In this document: positions 19,417 through 27,976 of the stretch, piece after piece
How the letters are laid out: each line of letters begins with the position of its first letter
How positions within the stretch are numbered: the stretch's first letter is position 1
Assembly (NCBI GenBank): GCA_963733195.1
Contig: CAVTCR010000074.1
Coordinates: forward strand, 64,001-128,000
DNA length: 64,000 nucleotides
Reading direction: 5' to 3'
DNA from: an uncultured delta proteobacterium
GTDB taxonomy: Bacteria; Desulfobacterota; Binatia; Bin18
Notes under the pieces: model-generated
The model's input: only the letters and a program-made list of their open reading frames with translations
Database searches by the model: none
What the model was told of the DNA's origin: nothing
Program-made: the position numbers and the translations under genes

Positions 19417-20479
19417 TTATGGTACTTGCGGATGCATATGTCGGTCTACGTATGAGTGTCCGTACAGCAGAGAGAATCCCTCGTTCTTCTGTGCGATGAT
19501 ACGGTGAGTCGGACGAAAGTTGAGTCAAAAGCTGGCGATGCGCCTTGCCGAGACTGTGATAAGGCAGTGTCGGCAAGAAGTGATGCAGTGCGTGGTAACG
19601 TAAACCGACTGGCGCAGCCAGGACGGTGAGAAACGGTGGCCCGGTTAGGTTCACCGAATCAAGCAGTTGCTCGACTGCGGTCAGTTGCCGTCCATCGTTT
19701 TCATAGCGGTGTGCAGCCAACGTTCGCACCTGATTGACGACAGCAATTCCTACCCCAACAATATACCACTGCCATAACCAAGAGAACGAAAAGGTTCCGT
19801 TCGACAGTGTAACGACTCCGGTCCAGAACAGGAGTGCGGTGGCCAATTCTTGTACGTACCAGCGGATACGTTCGTTTGCCCGTGGTAGTGAGCGTATATA
19901 GTGCAGATTGATCACTAACGATGAGGCATGGGCGATTAGCAGACGACGGAGCGACGGCAGGAAGAAAGAGAGCAGCCCTAGCACTCCCCAACGCAGGGCA
20001 AGTAAGACCGGGACAAAAATCATACTGACAACGAAACGGAGTACTTGAAAACCACTCCATTGCGTAATCGGAGCGTATTCTGGGTCTTGCGTTGTGGCGA
20101 ACGTGGCTTGCCGATGATGGTCACCGTGCGAGTCGTACATGACACTAGGAAGGAGAAACGGAGCGCCGACCAATATATTCCAAGCGAGTTCGAGTCCTGG
20201 TACTGCCTCACGCTTCAAATGCGACAGCTCATGAATAAAAATGGTTGCTCGGAGAAGCGCGACGACGGCAACCAACGTTGCAAGGATATGGATAAGCGAG
20301 AGAAACGAAGCTGTGGCTCCGACAACAAAAGCACCCCAGCCAATGAAGGCAGAAAGCAGGAGATCACACCAGTAAATCCACGGGATAGGAGGAAACGCAG
20401 TAACCAACTGACGGCGTAGATGGGTGAGGACAAGAAGTTCCTCGTCCTCTATAATCTGCTTATTTGAGTTTAGCTCCAT
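19385..20479 (-). CDS. Membrane fatty acid (possibly sphingolipid) desaturase/hydroxylase
   Basis: His boxes HELSH, HGDHH, YHALHH; GAGGAG RBS before MELNSN. Confidence 0.85.
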   Translation of the reverse strand: MELNSNKQIIEDEELLVLTHLRRQLVTAFPPIPWIYWCDLLLSAFIGWGAFVVGATASFLSLIHILATLVAVVALLRATIFIHELSHLKREAVPGLELAWNILVGAPFLLPSVMYDSHGDHHRQATFATTQDPEYAPITQWSGFQVLRFVVSMIFVPVLLALRWGVLGLLSFFLPSLRRLLIAHASSLVINLHYIRSLPRANERIRWYVQELATALLFWTGVVTLSNGTFSFSWLWQWYIVGVGIAVVNQVRTLAAHRYENDGRQLTAVEQLLDSVNLTGPPFLTVLAAPVGLRYHALHHFLPTLPYHSLGKAHRQLLTQLSSDSPYHRTEERGILSAVRTLIRRPTYASASTIIILDRPPTKF

Positions 20480-20600
20480 TCTCCTCAAATAACGGGAAAA
20501 ATCGTTCGAACTCAAGGCCAAGCGTAAAATCATAGTAGGGGCATTTCGCCCCGTGTTAAGGCTAAAATTCCGCTTAGAGGCCTTATGCCCCTTGTAAAAC

Positions 20601-21686
20601 ATGGGAAGTCTGTTATCTACCGGCTTCAGTATTGTTGCAGGAATAATATTACTACGCACTTCTGTGGACACTTCAGAACCGCTTTCTCGTCCTGTAGTAC
20701 AGGGGGACCGTCGTGTTTTGGTGACGGGTGGCACCGGTTTCATTGGATCCCACTTTGTTGCGGCATTGACGGATCAAGGGGTCAAACCTCGAGTCCTTGT
20801 ACGATCTACCAGCGACATCACGCCATTAACCGCACTTGGCGTTGAGTGCATTGTTGGGGGGCTCGACGATCCAGATACGTTGATGCGAGCTGTGAGTGGT
20901 GTGGAGACGGTTGTTCATCTTGCTGCGGTGACTCGTGCGCGATCGGAAAAAGAGTATTTCTATGTGAACGCGGACGGAACAAAAAACTTGGTCAACGTAC
21001 TACGTACCGCACAATCTCGACCTCGGCGACTTGTCTATGTCAGCTCGCTAGCGGCAGGGGGGCCCTCTATAGATGGCATACCGGTTGACGTACAAGATGT
21101 GCCGCGGCCTATCACTTCATATGGACGAAGCAAACTAGCAGGGGAAGAGGCCTGCCTTGCCCTAGCTCATGAAATGGAAATGTTGATCTTGCGACCACCA
21201 GCTGTATATGGACCGGGAGACCGGGATCTATTTCGTTGCTTCCAGATGGCGACGCGTGGGATTCTTCCGGTGCCCACCGGCCCGGCCCGGTGGCTACAGT
21301 TCATCCATGTACATGATCTCATTAATGCTTTACTGTGTGCGGTAACGGCAGAGCAGGCGAGTGGAGTCTATCACGTAGCTGAAGCGCAACCGTATGCCTG
21401 GGGGCAAATTACCGACTGGCTCGCCCAGGCGGTAGGGCGACGAGTGCGAGCTGTGCATGTTCCTCCGTGGGGAATACGCGCTGCGGCGGCAGTGAGTGAA
21501 TTTGGTGCTGCCATGATCGGCCGTGCGACGATTTTTAACCGAGAGAAAGCAGAAGAACTGCTTGCTCCGGGTTGGTTATGTAAAACTGAAGCCGTGACGC
21601 GAGATCTCGGCTTTGAAGTCCGCATTCCACTGCCCCAAGGGTTGGTGGGAACCGCAAGTTGGTACCGGGAGCATGGATGGTTGTAG
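20601..21686 (+). CDS. cerR: Extended SDR / NAD-dependent epimerase-dehydratase, putative ceramide reductase CerR (true start probably ~20710)
   Basis: VTGGTGFIG, HLAA, SSLAA, YGRSK, RPPAVYGPGD; immediately upstream of spt. Symbol assigned from context. Confidence 0.7.
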   Translation: MGSLLSTGFSIVAGIILLRTSVDTSEPLSRPVVQGDRRVLVTGGTGFIGSHFVAALTDQGVKPRVLVRSTSDITPLTALGVECIVGGLDDPDTLMRAVSGVETVVHLAAVTRARSEKEYFYVNADGTKNLVNVLRTAQSRPRRLVYVSSLAAGGPSIDGIPVDVQDVPRPITSYGRSKLAGEEACLALAHEMEMLILRPPAVYGPGDRDLFRCFQMATRGILPVPTGPARWLQFIHVHDLINALLCAVTAEQASGVYHVAEAQPYAWGQITDWLAQAVGRRVRAVHVPPWGIRAAAAVSEFGAAMIGRATIFNREKAEELLAPGWLCKTEAVTRDLGFEVRIPLPQGLVGTASWYREHGWL

Positions 21687-21785
21687 GTGAGGTGTGTGAG
21701 GGGGATGGCTGCATGAGGAAACTGCAGGAGGCTGCTCTGTTTTCCCAACGGACAGCTGCGGATGTTTACGGAGAGGGGGCAAGGA

Positions 21786-22967
21786 ATGAATCTTCTCGAT
21801 AAGTGTGTGCGCTTTACACGGGCTCGAGAGGCGCAGGCGGCGGGATTCTACCCGTTCTTTATTCCGATTGAATCGTCAGATGGTGCTGAAGTTCTCGTTC
21901 GTGGTGAACCCAAGATCATGATGGGTTCAAACAATTATCTTGGACTGACCCACCATCCAAAAGTCATTGCTGCGGCTGACGCGGCGTTAAAAAAATACGG
22001 GACAGGGTGTACTGGTAGTCGCTTCCTCAACGGAACGTTAGATTTGCACGAACAACTCGAAGATCGTCTGGCCCACTTCTTGGGCAAAGAAGCTGCGCTG
22101 GTCTTCAGTACCGGGTATCAAACAAACCTCGGTGTGGTCTCTTCTCTGGTGCATAAGGGAGACTATCTCTTTCTTGATAAGCTCAACCACGCCAGCCTCG
22201 TGGATAGTGCGCGTCTGGCGTATGGTACTGTATGTCGTTACCATCATAACGATATGCGGGCACTCACGCAGCAGTTAGCTCAAGCTCCTACGAACGCGGG
22301 AAAGTTGATCGTCACTGATGGTGTGTTCTCTATGGATGGCGACATTGTCAACCTGCCGGATATGGTTGCCCTGGCAGAGAACTATAATGCCGACATCCTC
22401 GTTGATGATGCACATGCGATCGGTGTCTTGGGAGAGCAGGGTGGAGGAACGGCGCAACACTTTGGCTTAGAAGATAAAGTGTCTCTCATTGTCGCAACCT
22501 TTTCTAAGTCGCTTGCTTCGATCGGTGGTGTCGTCGCTGGAGCGGAACCTGTCATTCATTACTTGAAACATCATGCGCGTGCGCTTATTTACAGTGCCAG
22601 TATGCCGCCGGCTTCGGTGGCAACGGTGTTGGCTGCACTGGATGTAATTGAGGAAGAACCAGAGCGGCGCGAAGCCCTGTGGCGCAACACACGTCGGATG
22701 CAAGATGGCCTCAAGAACCTGGGCTATGATATCGGCGAGAGCGAAACCCCGGTGATCCCGGTGTTGATCGGTGATCTGGCAGAGATGATCATGTTGTGGA
22801 AACGGATGTTCGACTCCGGCATCTTCACCAACCCGGTCATTCCCCCGGCGGTGCCAGAACACTCGTGTCGATTGCGCATTTCAATGATGGCGACACATAC
22901 TGATGAACAAATTGATTATGTGTTGGACGCTTTTGCCCAGCGGGTACGTCAACGCGCGGCAGTCTAG
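21786..22967 (+). CDS. spt: Serine palmitoyltransferase (alpha-oxoamine synthase family)
   Basis: GFYPFF, GSNNYLGL, GTGCTGSRFLNGTLDLH, NHAS, DDAH, PLP-Lys motif TFSKS; flanked by CerR-like and bCerS-like genes. Confidence 0.85.
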   Translation: MNLLDKCVRFTRAREAQAAGFYPFFIPIESSDGAEVLVRGEPKIMMGSNNYLGLTHHPKVIAAADAALKKYGTGCTGSRFLNGTLDLHEQLEDRLAHFLGKEAALVFSTGYQTNLGVVSSLVHKGDYLFLDKLNHASLVDSARLAYGTVCRYHHNDMRALTQQLAQAPTNAGKLIVTDGVFSMDGDIVNLPDMVALAENYNADILVDDAHAIGVLGEQGGGTAQHFGLEDKVSLIVATFSKSLASIGGVVAGAEPVIHYLKHHARALIYSASMPPASVATVLAALDVIEEEPERREALWRNTRRMQDGLKNLGYDIGESETPVIPVLIGDLAEMIMLWKRMFDSGIFTNPVIPPAVPEHSCRLRISMMATHTDEQIDYVLDAFAQRVRQRAAV

Positions 22968-23013
22968 GCGCATCTGGTGGTATGGACTGAACAGCATTCG
23001 ACAGGGATAAAGC

Positions 23014-24157
23014 ATGCTAGCGACCGTGCGTGTTGTTCCTGTCCGAGATCATCGCGAGTTCCACCACTTCCTCAAGCTGCCGTGGCGGGTCTATCGTAAC
23101 GATCCATTCTGGGTCCCCCCACTCCTCTTCGACCAGAAACAACTGCTTAATCGTCGCAAACACCCGTTTCACCAACACGCAGAGGTCGAGTATTTTGTCG
23201 CCTGGCGTGGTGAGGAAGCAGTTGGTCGCATTGCTGCTATCGTCAATCACCAGTATGTGCAGTTTCACGAAGAAGCGACCGGATTTTTCGGTTTCTTTGA
23301 GAGCATCCATGATGTTAAGGTCGCGACCGCATTATTGGCAACGGCAGAACAGTGGGTAGCTGACCGTGGCATGCAGCAGATCCGTGGACCGATGAATTTT
23401 TCCACCAATGAAGAATGTGCCTTGCTCATTGATGGCTTTGATTCAGCACCAGCAGTGATGATGCCGTATAACCCCACGTATTATCCGCAGTTATTGGAGG
23501 GGAGTGGCTACGCCAAGGCAAAAGACCTTCTTGCCTATCTGGTCGACGGCACTGTACCGCCGCCGCCGCGTCTTGTGAACGGCGCAGAGCGACTGCTGCA
23601 ACGGCAGAATATCGTCATTCGTCCATTCAATCTGAAACGCTTCAAGCAAGAGGTCGAAAGTCTCACCGCCATTTATCAAAGCGCATGGGAGCGGAATTGG
23701 GGCTTTGTTCCCATGACACAGGCAGAGGTTGATAACTTTGCTGATCAGATGTGGTGGGTGGCTAATCCGAATCTGTGTTTGCTTGCGGAAATCGATGGTG
23801 AAGCAATTGGTTTCGCGCTCGCATTACCGGATTACAATCAGGTGTTGCGCCATATGAATGGCCGGCTCTTTCCCTTTGGGTTGTTCAAGTTTCTGTGGTA
23901 TAGGACGCAAAATTTCTACCGCACGGATATTGATCTTGGGGCTCAAGCCAGGCTTTCGTCGCCGAGGAATCGACGCGATGCTATACTTGCGCCTCTGGCA
24001 AGAAGCACCACGCAACGGCTATCCTGTTGTTGAGTGCTCATGGATTCTGGAAGACAACTGGGATATGCGTCGGGCACTCGAACGTATGGGGGGACGGCTG
24101 TACAAAACCTATCGCGTGTATGAGAAGGAACTGACAAGCAATGAGAATCGCGTGTGA
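23014..24157 (+). CDS. bcerS: GNAT-fold protein, putative bacterial ceramide synthase; +1 frameshift near 23905
   Basis: WVPPL, GRIAA, GFFGFFE, RGP.NFSTNEEC, MPYNP.YY, W..NWGFVP, ALPD.N; the C-part LG...RRRG...SWILEDN..M...Y follows when one base is removed. Confidence 0.8.
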
Positions 24158-25737
24158 GTAGAACTCCGCTCCTTGCCGTTCTCCGCCAAGCGGCAGCTGT
24201 TGCGTTGCTTTGTGAGGAACACCAAGTCTCTCCTAGGGAAGGACTTGAGCGGGTAGCCGAGGCACGGTGGAACCGGCGACAGTTTTTGCGCCTGGCAACT
24301 GGAGCGGTGGTTGGGACGGCTCTTGGCGTGCCCGCGCTTCCCCAGCCTGTATCTGCCGGGAGTACCCCACGGATCATCATCGTTGGCGCTGGTGCTGCGG
24401 GTCTGACCTGTGCCTATCGTTTACAACAAGCCGGAGTGCCCGTGCAGGTGATCGAGAGCAGCAAACGAGTCGGGGGGCGTGTGTATTCGTTACGCGATAC
24501 CTTTCCTGATGGGCAGATCGCCGAGCTTGGCGGAGAATTTATCGATACTGGGCACCGTGCATTGCGACGGTTAGTGCAGGAACTGGGATTGTCGTTGGTC
24601 GATCTGGTTCTGGCCGACAGCAAACGCGAGCCAGTTTTTTTCTTTGGCAACCGCCGAGTTTTAATGCCTGAGGTCGTCGAGGCTTTTCGCCCGGTCGCCC
24701 GACGAATTCGTCAGGATATGACCCCCCTTCGCGGTGTCGTCCCAACCTATCAGCAACCTAATCGAGGGAGAGTGCTCGACCAGATGAGCATTACGGAATG
24801 GCTGGAGACACGGGGGGTAACTGGTGCGCTTCGCTCACTACTAGAGACTGCATATGTTGGTGAATTCGGCCTCGAAGCCGCTGAACAGAGTGCATTGAAT
24901 TTCCTTCTGATGATTAGCGCTCAGCCGGGGTCCTTTGAACTTTTCGGTGAGAGTGACGAGCGGTTCCACATCGTCGAAGGGAATGACAGGGTGCCAACGC
25001 GACTAGCAGAACGACTTGCACAGCCAGTGACACTTGAGACCCGCCTTGAAGCGATCCGCCGTCAGGCCAATGGTACGTATGTGTTGACCGTGAACCAGGC
25101 TGGCACAGTGCGTGATCTTGACGCGCATAAAGTAGTGCTGGCGATTCCGTTTAGCATACTGCGCCAGGTCGACCTTACAGGGGTAGAACTTCCTAAAGTG
25201 AAGCGGTTGGCGATTACGACGTTGGGCTACGGTACGCATACCAAGCTGATGACCGGATTCACGCGACGTGTATGGCACGACACAAACGAAAACGGGAGTT
25301 CGGTAACGGATTTACCGTATCAATCGTCTTGGGACACAAGCCGTGGGCAGCCCGGAACTCATGGCCTTCTGACCAATTTTGCTGGTGGCACTCGCGGTTT
25401 GGTTTTGGGCGAAGGCACCCCTAATGAACGAGCGACAGAATTCGCCGGACAATTGGACTACGTCTTTCCTGGAGTAAAAGAGGCGCATACCAAACTTACT
25501 GTGAGGTTTTCTTGGCCGAAGGCGCGCTCATTCCTTGGCAGTTATGCGTGTTACAAACCTGGACAGTATACGACGATTGCTGGCGTTGAAGGCGAGGCAG
25601 TCGATGGACTCCACTTTGCTGGTGAGCACACCAGCCTGGCCTTCCAAGGTTTTATGAACGGTGCAGTTGAATCCGGCGAACGTGCAGCGCGAGAGATTCT
25701 TGCCGGTCTTGGCAAACAGAAACAGCGAAACCCCTAG
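24154..25737 (+). CDS. Flavin monoamine oxidase family protein with twin-arginine motif
   Basis: NRRQFL plus hydrophobic helix, GAGAAG, RVGGR, ELGGEFI, FAGEHT..GFMNGAVESG; GTGA overlap with bcerS. Confidence 0.88.
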   Translation: MSRTPLLAVLRQAAAVALLCEEHQVSPREGLERVAEARWNRRQFLRLATGAVVGTALGVPALPQPVSAGSTPRIIIVGAGAAGLTCAYRLQQAGVPVQVIESSKRVGGRVYSLRDTFPDGQIAELGGEFIDTGHRALRRLVQELGLSLVDLVLADSKREPVFFFGNRRVLMPEVVEAFRPVARRIRQDMTPLRGVVPTYQQPNRGRVLDQMSITEWLETRGVTGALRSLLETAYVGEFGLEAAEQSALNFLLMISAQPGSFELFGESDERFHIVEGNDRVPTRLAERLAQPVTLETRLEAIRRQANGTYVLTVNQAGTVRDLDAHKVVLAIPFSILRQVDLTGVELPKVKRLAITTLGYGTHTKLMTGFTRRVWHDTNENGSSVTDLPYQSSWDTSRGQPGTHGLLTNFAGGTRGLVLGEGTPNERATEFAGQLDYVFPGVKEAHTKLTVRFSWPKARSFLGSYACYKPGQYTTIAGVEGEAVDGLHFAGEHTSLAFQGFMNGAVESGERAAREILAGLGKQKQRNP

Positions 25738-25793
25738 CGACGACCGTTTGAACCCTGTTCCGATCCGAGAAAATGGTCTCAGTAACGCAATCC

Positions 25794-25824
25794 GAGATTG
25801 AAAATGAGAATGATTTTCAATCTC
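25794..25824. promoter_or_regulatory. Fur-box-like operator upstream of the ferritin-like gene
   Basis: GAGATTGAAAAT-GAGAATG-ATTTTCAATCTC: perfect 12-bp arms, containing TGAGAATGATTTTCA (7-1-7). Confidence 0.75.
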
Positions 25825-25853
25825 ATTTTTCCTAATAAAATCAAATACTTAAC

Positions 25854-25882
25854 TTGACTCTAGTCGTGCCGATGCGTATGGT
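25854..25882 (+). promoter_or_regulatory. Sigma70-type promoter of the ferritin-like gene
   Basis: TTGACT-N17-TATGGT. Confidence 0.55.
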
Positions 25883-25928
25883 ACAGGAACGGCAGCGGTG
25901 AGAACGTTCACCGGAAAGGATGTGAGTT

Positions 25929-26387
25929 ATGGATACCAAGAAAGTGATTGCAGCATTGAACAAAGTTATCGCTCTCGAGCACACCGCGACCCTCCAATAT
26001 CAACAACATGCACTTTTAGTGAATGGCCTCTGGCGGAAAGTCTTCGCTGATTTCTTCGCTTCACAGGCGAAAAGCTCTCTCGAACATGCTGGGAAGTTCG
26101 GCCAGAAAGTCGTCGTGTTAGGAGGCGTTCCGACGGTGGAAGTCGGAACGGTGCATCAATCTATCGATCTCGAAGAAATGCTTCGCCAGAATCTTGATCT
26201 GGAAAAAGAAACAATGCAGGCTTATCACGAAGCCCATGCCTTCACCGAAGGTGACATCGCCCTGCGCACGATGCTGGAAGGTCAGATCGAATCCGAACAG
26301 CACGATATCGAAGAGCTGGAAATGTACCTCGGCATGATCAAAACCAAAGGGGTGGAACGCGAAGTCAGTATCCGACGAGTCAAATAG
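25929..26387 (+). CDS. Bacterioferritin/ferritin-like protein
   Basis: LN..IALE..A..QY..H, EHA, LGGVP, LDLEKE, E.QH; Fur-like box upstream. Confidence 0.85.
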   Translation: MDTKKVIAALNKVIALEHTATLQYQQHALLVNGLWRKVFADFFASQAKSSLEHAGKFGQKVVVLGGVPTVEVGTVHQSIDLEEMLRQNLDLEKETMQAYHEAHAFTEGDIALRTMLEGQIESEQHDIEELEMYLGMIKTKGVEREVSIRRVK

Positions 26388-26784
26388 TTTCTGTTGAACA
26401 GTGACTGGCGATTCTTTGTGTTGGAGTGACGGGCGGGGCCTTTGCGGTCTCGCCCGTTTTCTTTTTACGTGAAGAGCTACTCTTGTGGGCAGGGTGCGCG
26501 CGTGCAAGAGAAGCCCCGATCGGGAACGGAATCACTGTCCCTGATTGCTGAGCGCGCTGCTCCTGCCAGTGGCGCCGAGTTATACGAAGCGAGTCAAGCA
26601 AGGCTTGAGCTTCTTCGGTTGACAGTTGCAGCGACTGTTGCGGACACCACCCTAACCCTTCTCCCCAAGATAGTTGACGCAACTCAATCGTCGTTTTGGC
26701 CGTCGTTGTTTGGTCGAGGACGACCTCCAACAGCGTATCTTTTTTTGTGGAGGTTACAATCGTTGCCAGTACTGCTTTCGCCAT
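26380..26784 (-). CDS. Hypothetical protein
   Basis: GAGGAGG RBS; globular N-part (IELRQLSWGEGLGW..Q), low-complexity tail running across the opposite-strand terminator. Confidence 0.6.
   Translation of the reverse strand: MAKAVLATIVTSTKKDTLLEVVLDQTTTAKTTIELRQLSWGEGLGWCPQQSLQLSTEEAQALLDSLRITRRHWQEQRAQQSGTVIPFPIGASLARAHPAHKSSSSRKKKTGETAKAPPVTPTQRIASHCSTETI
26428..26466 (+). terminator. Intrinsic terminator after the ferritin-like gene
   Basis: GACGGGCGGGGCC-TTTGC-GGTCTCGCCCGTT followed by TTCTTTTT. Confidence 0.7.
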
Positions 26785-26798
26785 AATTCCTCCTCAGA

Positions 26799-27143
26799 TT
26801 ATGACAACGGCGTAAAAGCCGTAGCCCGTTGCCAGCCAGATGTCATCCATTGATGTCCGTCGGCGTCAAGGAGTAAGCCCTCAACGTTCTTCACTTGCTG
26901 TAACAGTGCAATCCCTTTTTTTTCTCCGAGCACGAGTAACGCTTTGCTGAGCGCTTCGGCTTGTGTAGCCGTCGGAGCGAGAATGCACGCCTGCAAATCT
27001 CGTTGGATCGGCTTGCCGCTACGTGGATCGATGATATGTCCGTAATGCTGGCCATTGATGATGAAGGGCTGTCCCATCGTGCCGGAAATCGACAGTGCTT
27101 GGTCACGCAGCGTAATCACCCCCGCAGGTTCTCCGTTTGGTTG
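26799..27143 (-). pseudogene. apbE: C-terminal remnant of FAD:protein FMN transferase
   Basis: ALSISG, YGHIIDPRSG.P, A..A.ALSKA; only ~115 codons, with an in-frame stop at 27144-27146 upstream and no N-terminal region. Confidence 0.75.
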
Positions 27144-27176
27144 TTACCAAGGCAGCAATCTGTATTTTTCTGTCCA

Positions 27177-27383
27177 TTACGTTCCTTCATGCGGCAAGGG
27201 TTGCCACTGGAGGGTGACGCCATGCCATGAGGAGGCATCTCCCCAGGGAATGACGACAACTCGTTTGCAGCGCCGGCATTTCAGCTCCACGCCCTCTGCG
27301 CGTACGCGTGCGAGGAGATTGCCGCATAAACAGCGACTGTCTCGCGTGGATCGTACTGGGGGGGAAGGAGCCTGTTTATTCAT
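27177..27383 (-). CDS. Small Com/Mu-like zinc-ribbon protein
   Basis: RCLCGNLLARV...VELKCRRCKR; directly downstream of a Fur-like box. Confidence 0.7.
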   Translation of the reverse strand: MNKQAPSPPVRSTRDSRCLCGNLLARVRAEGVELKCRRCKRVVVIPWGDASSWHGVTLQWQPLPHEGT

Positions 27384-27389
27384 TTAGGT

Positions 27390-27414
27390 GAAATTGAAAA
27401 TCATTTTCAATTTC
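27390..27414. promoter_or_regulatory. Fur-box-like operator overlapping the promoter of the minus-strand operon
   Basis: Perfect 12-1-12 palindrome GAAATTGAAAAT-C-ATTTTCAATTTC; minus-strand TTGACA at 27418-27423. Confidence 0.8.
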
Positions 27415-27976
27415 AATTGTCAAGTGCCGGCCCACCTTTCAGAAAGGAGCAGGATGCAATATACAAATTTGCCGTAATGTCGGAAATTTTTACACCGTAA
27501 TAGCGTAGAAGTCGTAACAAAAAGTTGTTTTTTTCTCACTATTGCTCACATTGCTGCGATTTGTGTTACTGCGCGCTGCATATGCGTCACGTCTACCCTC
27601 TGTCGAGCGTAGGAAAACTTTACGGTGAAAGTCTGGTCTGTTCTGATGTCTGGACTTGGTTTTTCTACACTTTTTTGCGTGGAAAAGTGCGTCTAGCTCT
27701 GGTCACTGTAGGAAACCTTTACGGTAGAGGTAGCACCACTTCCGGGGGAGGCATCCCTAAGAGATGGAAAGGTGAGTGTTCTCGGGGAGTTTCGTCATAT
27801 CGTGGGAGGCTAGCAAAATTAGGCCATGTTGGTACCTGCTTTGCTCTATCCTCACTATGGGTGATTTACTTTTCCAACCGAAGAATAATGCAGCTGTCTC
27901 TACGGACATAAGCGGAGGATTCAACACTTTTTGTGACTCTAGGATAGCTACGCGCAGAAAGAAAAGCGAAAATTGC

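Noticed and set aside
21786-22967. 8-amino-7-oxononanoate synthase (bioF) or kbl
   Set aside because: No biotin or threonine-dehydrogenase genes nearby; the GSRFLNGT and YPFF motifs and the flanking CerR-like and bCerS-like genes favour Spt.
26648-26668. CACCCTAACCCTTCTCCC as a REP element
   Set aside because: No complementary arm; it encodes the WGEGLGW core of the hypothetical protein, so probably coincidental.
27177-27383. Prophage remnant suggested by the Com-like gene
   Set aside because: No other phage genes, integrase or att sites; the context is iron-related.
27479-27725. Mini-CRISPR or att sites from the 18-bp direct repeats
   Set aside because: Only two good copies with an 81-nt gap, and no cas or integrase gene.
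27525-27976. 128-aa ORF and the N-terminal extension of the secreted protein
   Set aside because: No protein-like features; a clean signal peptide begins at ATG 27977.
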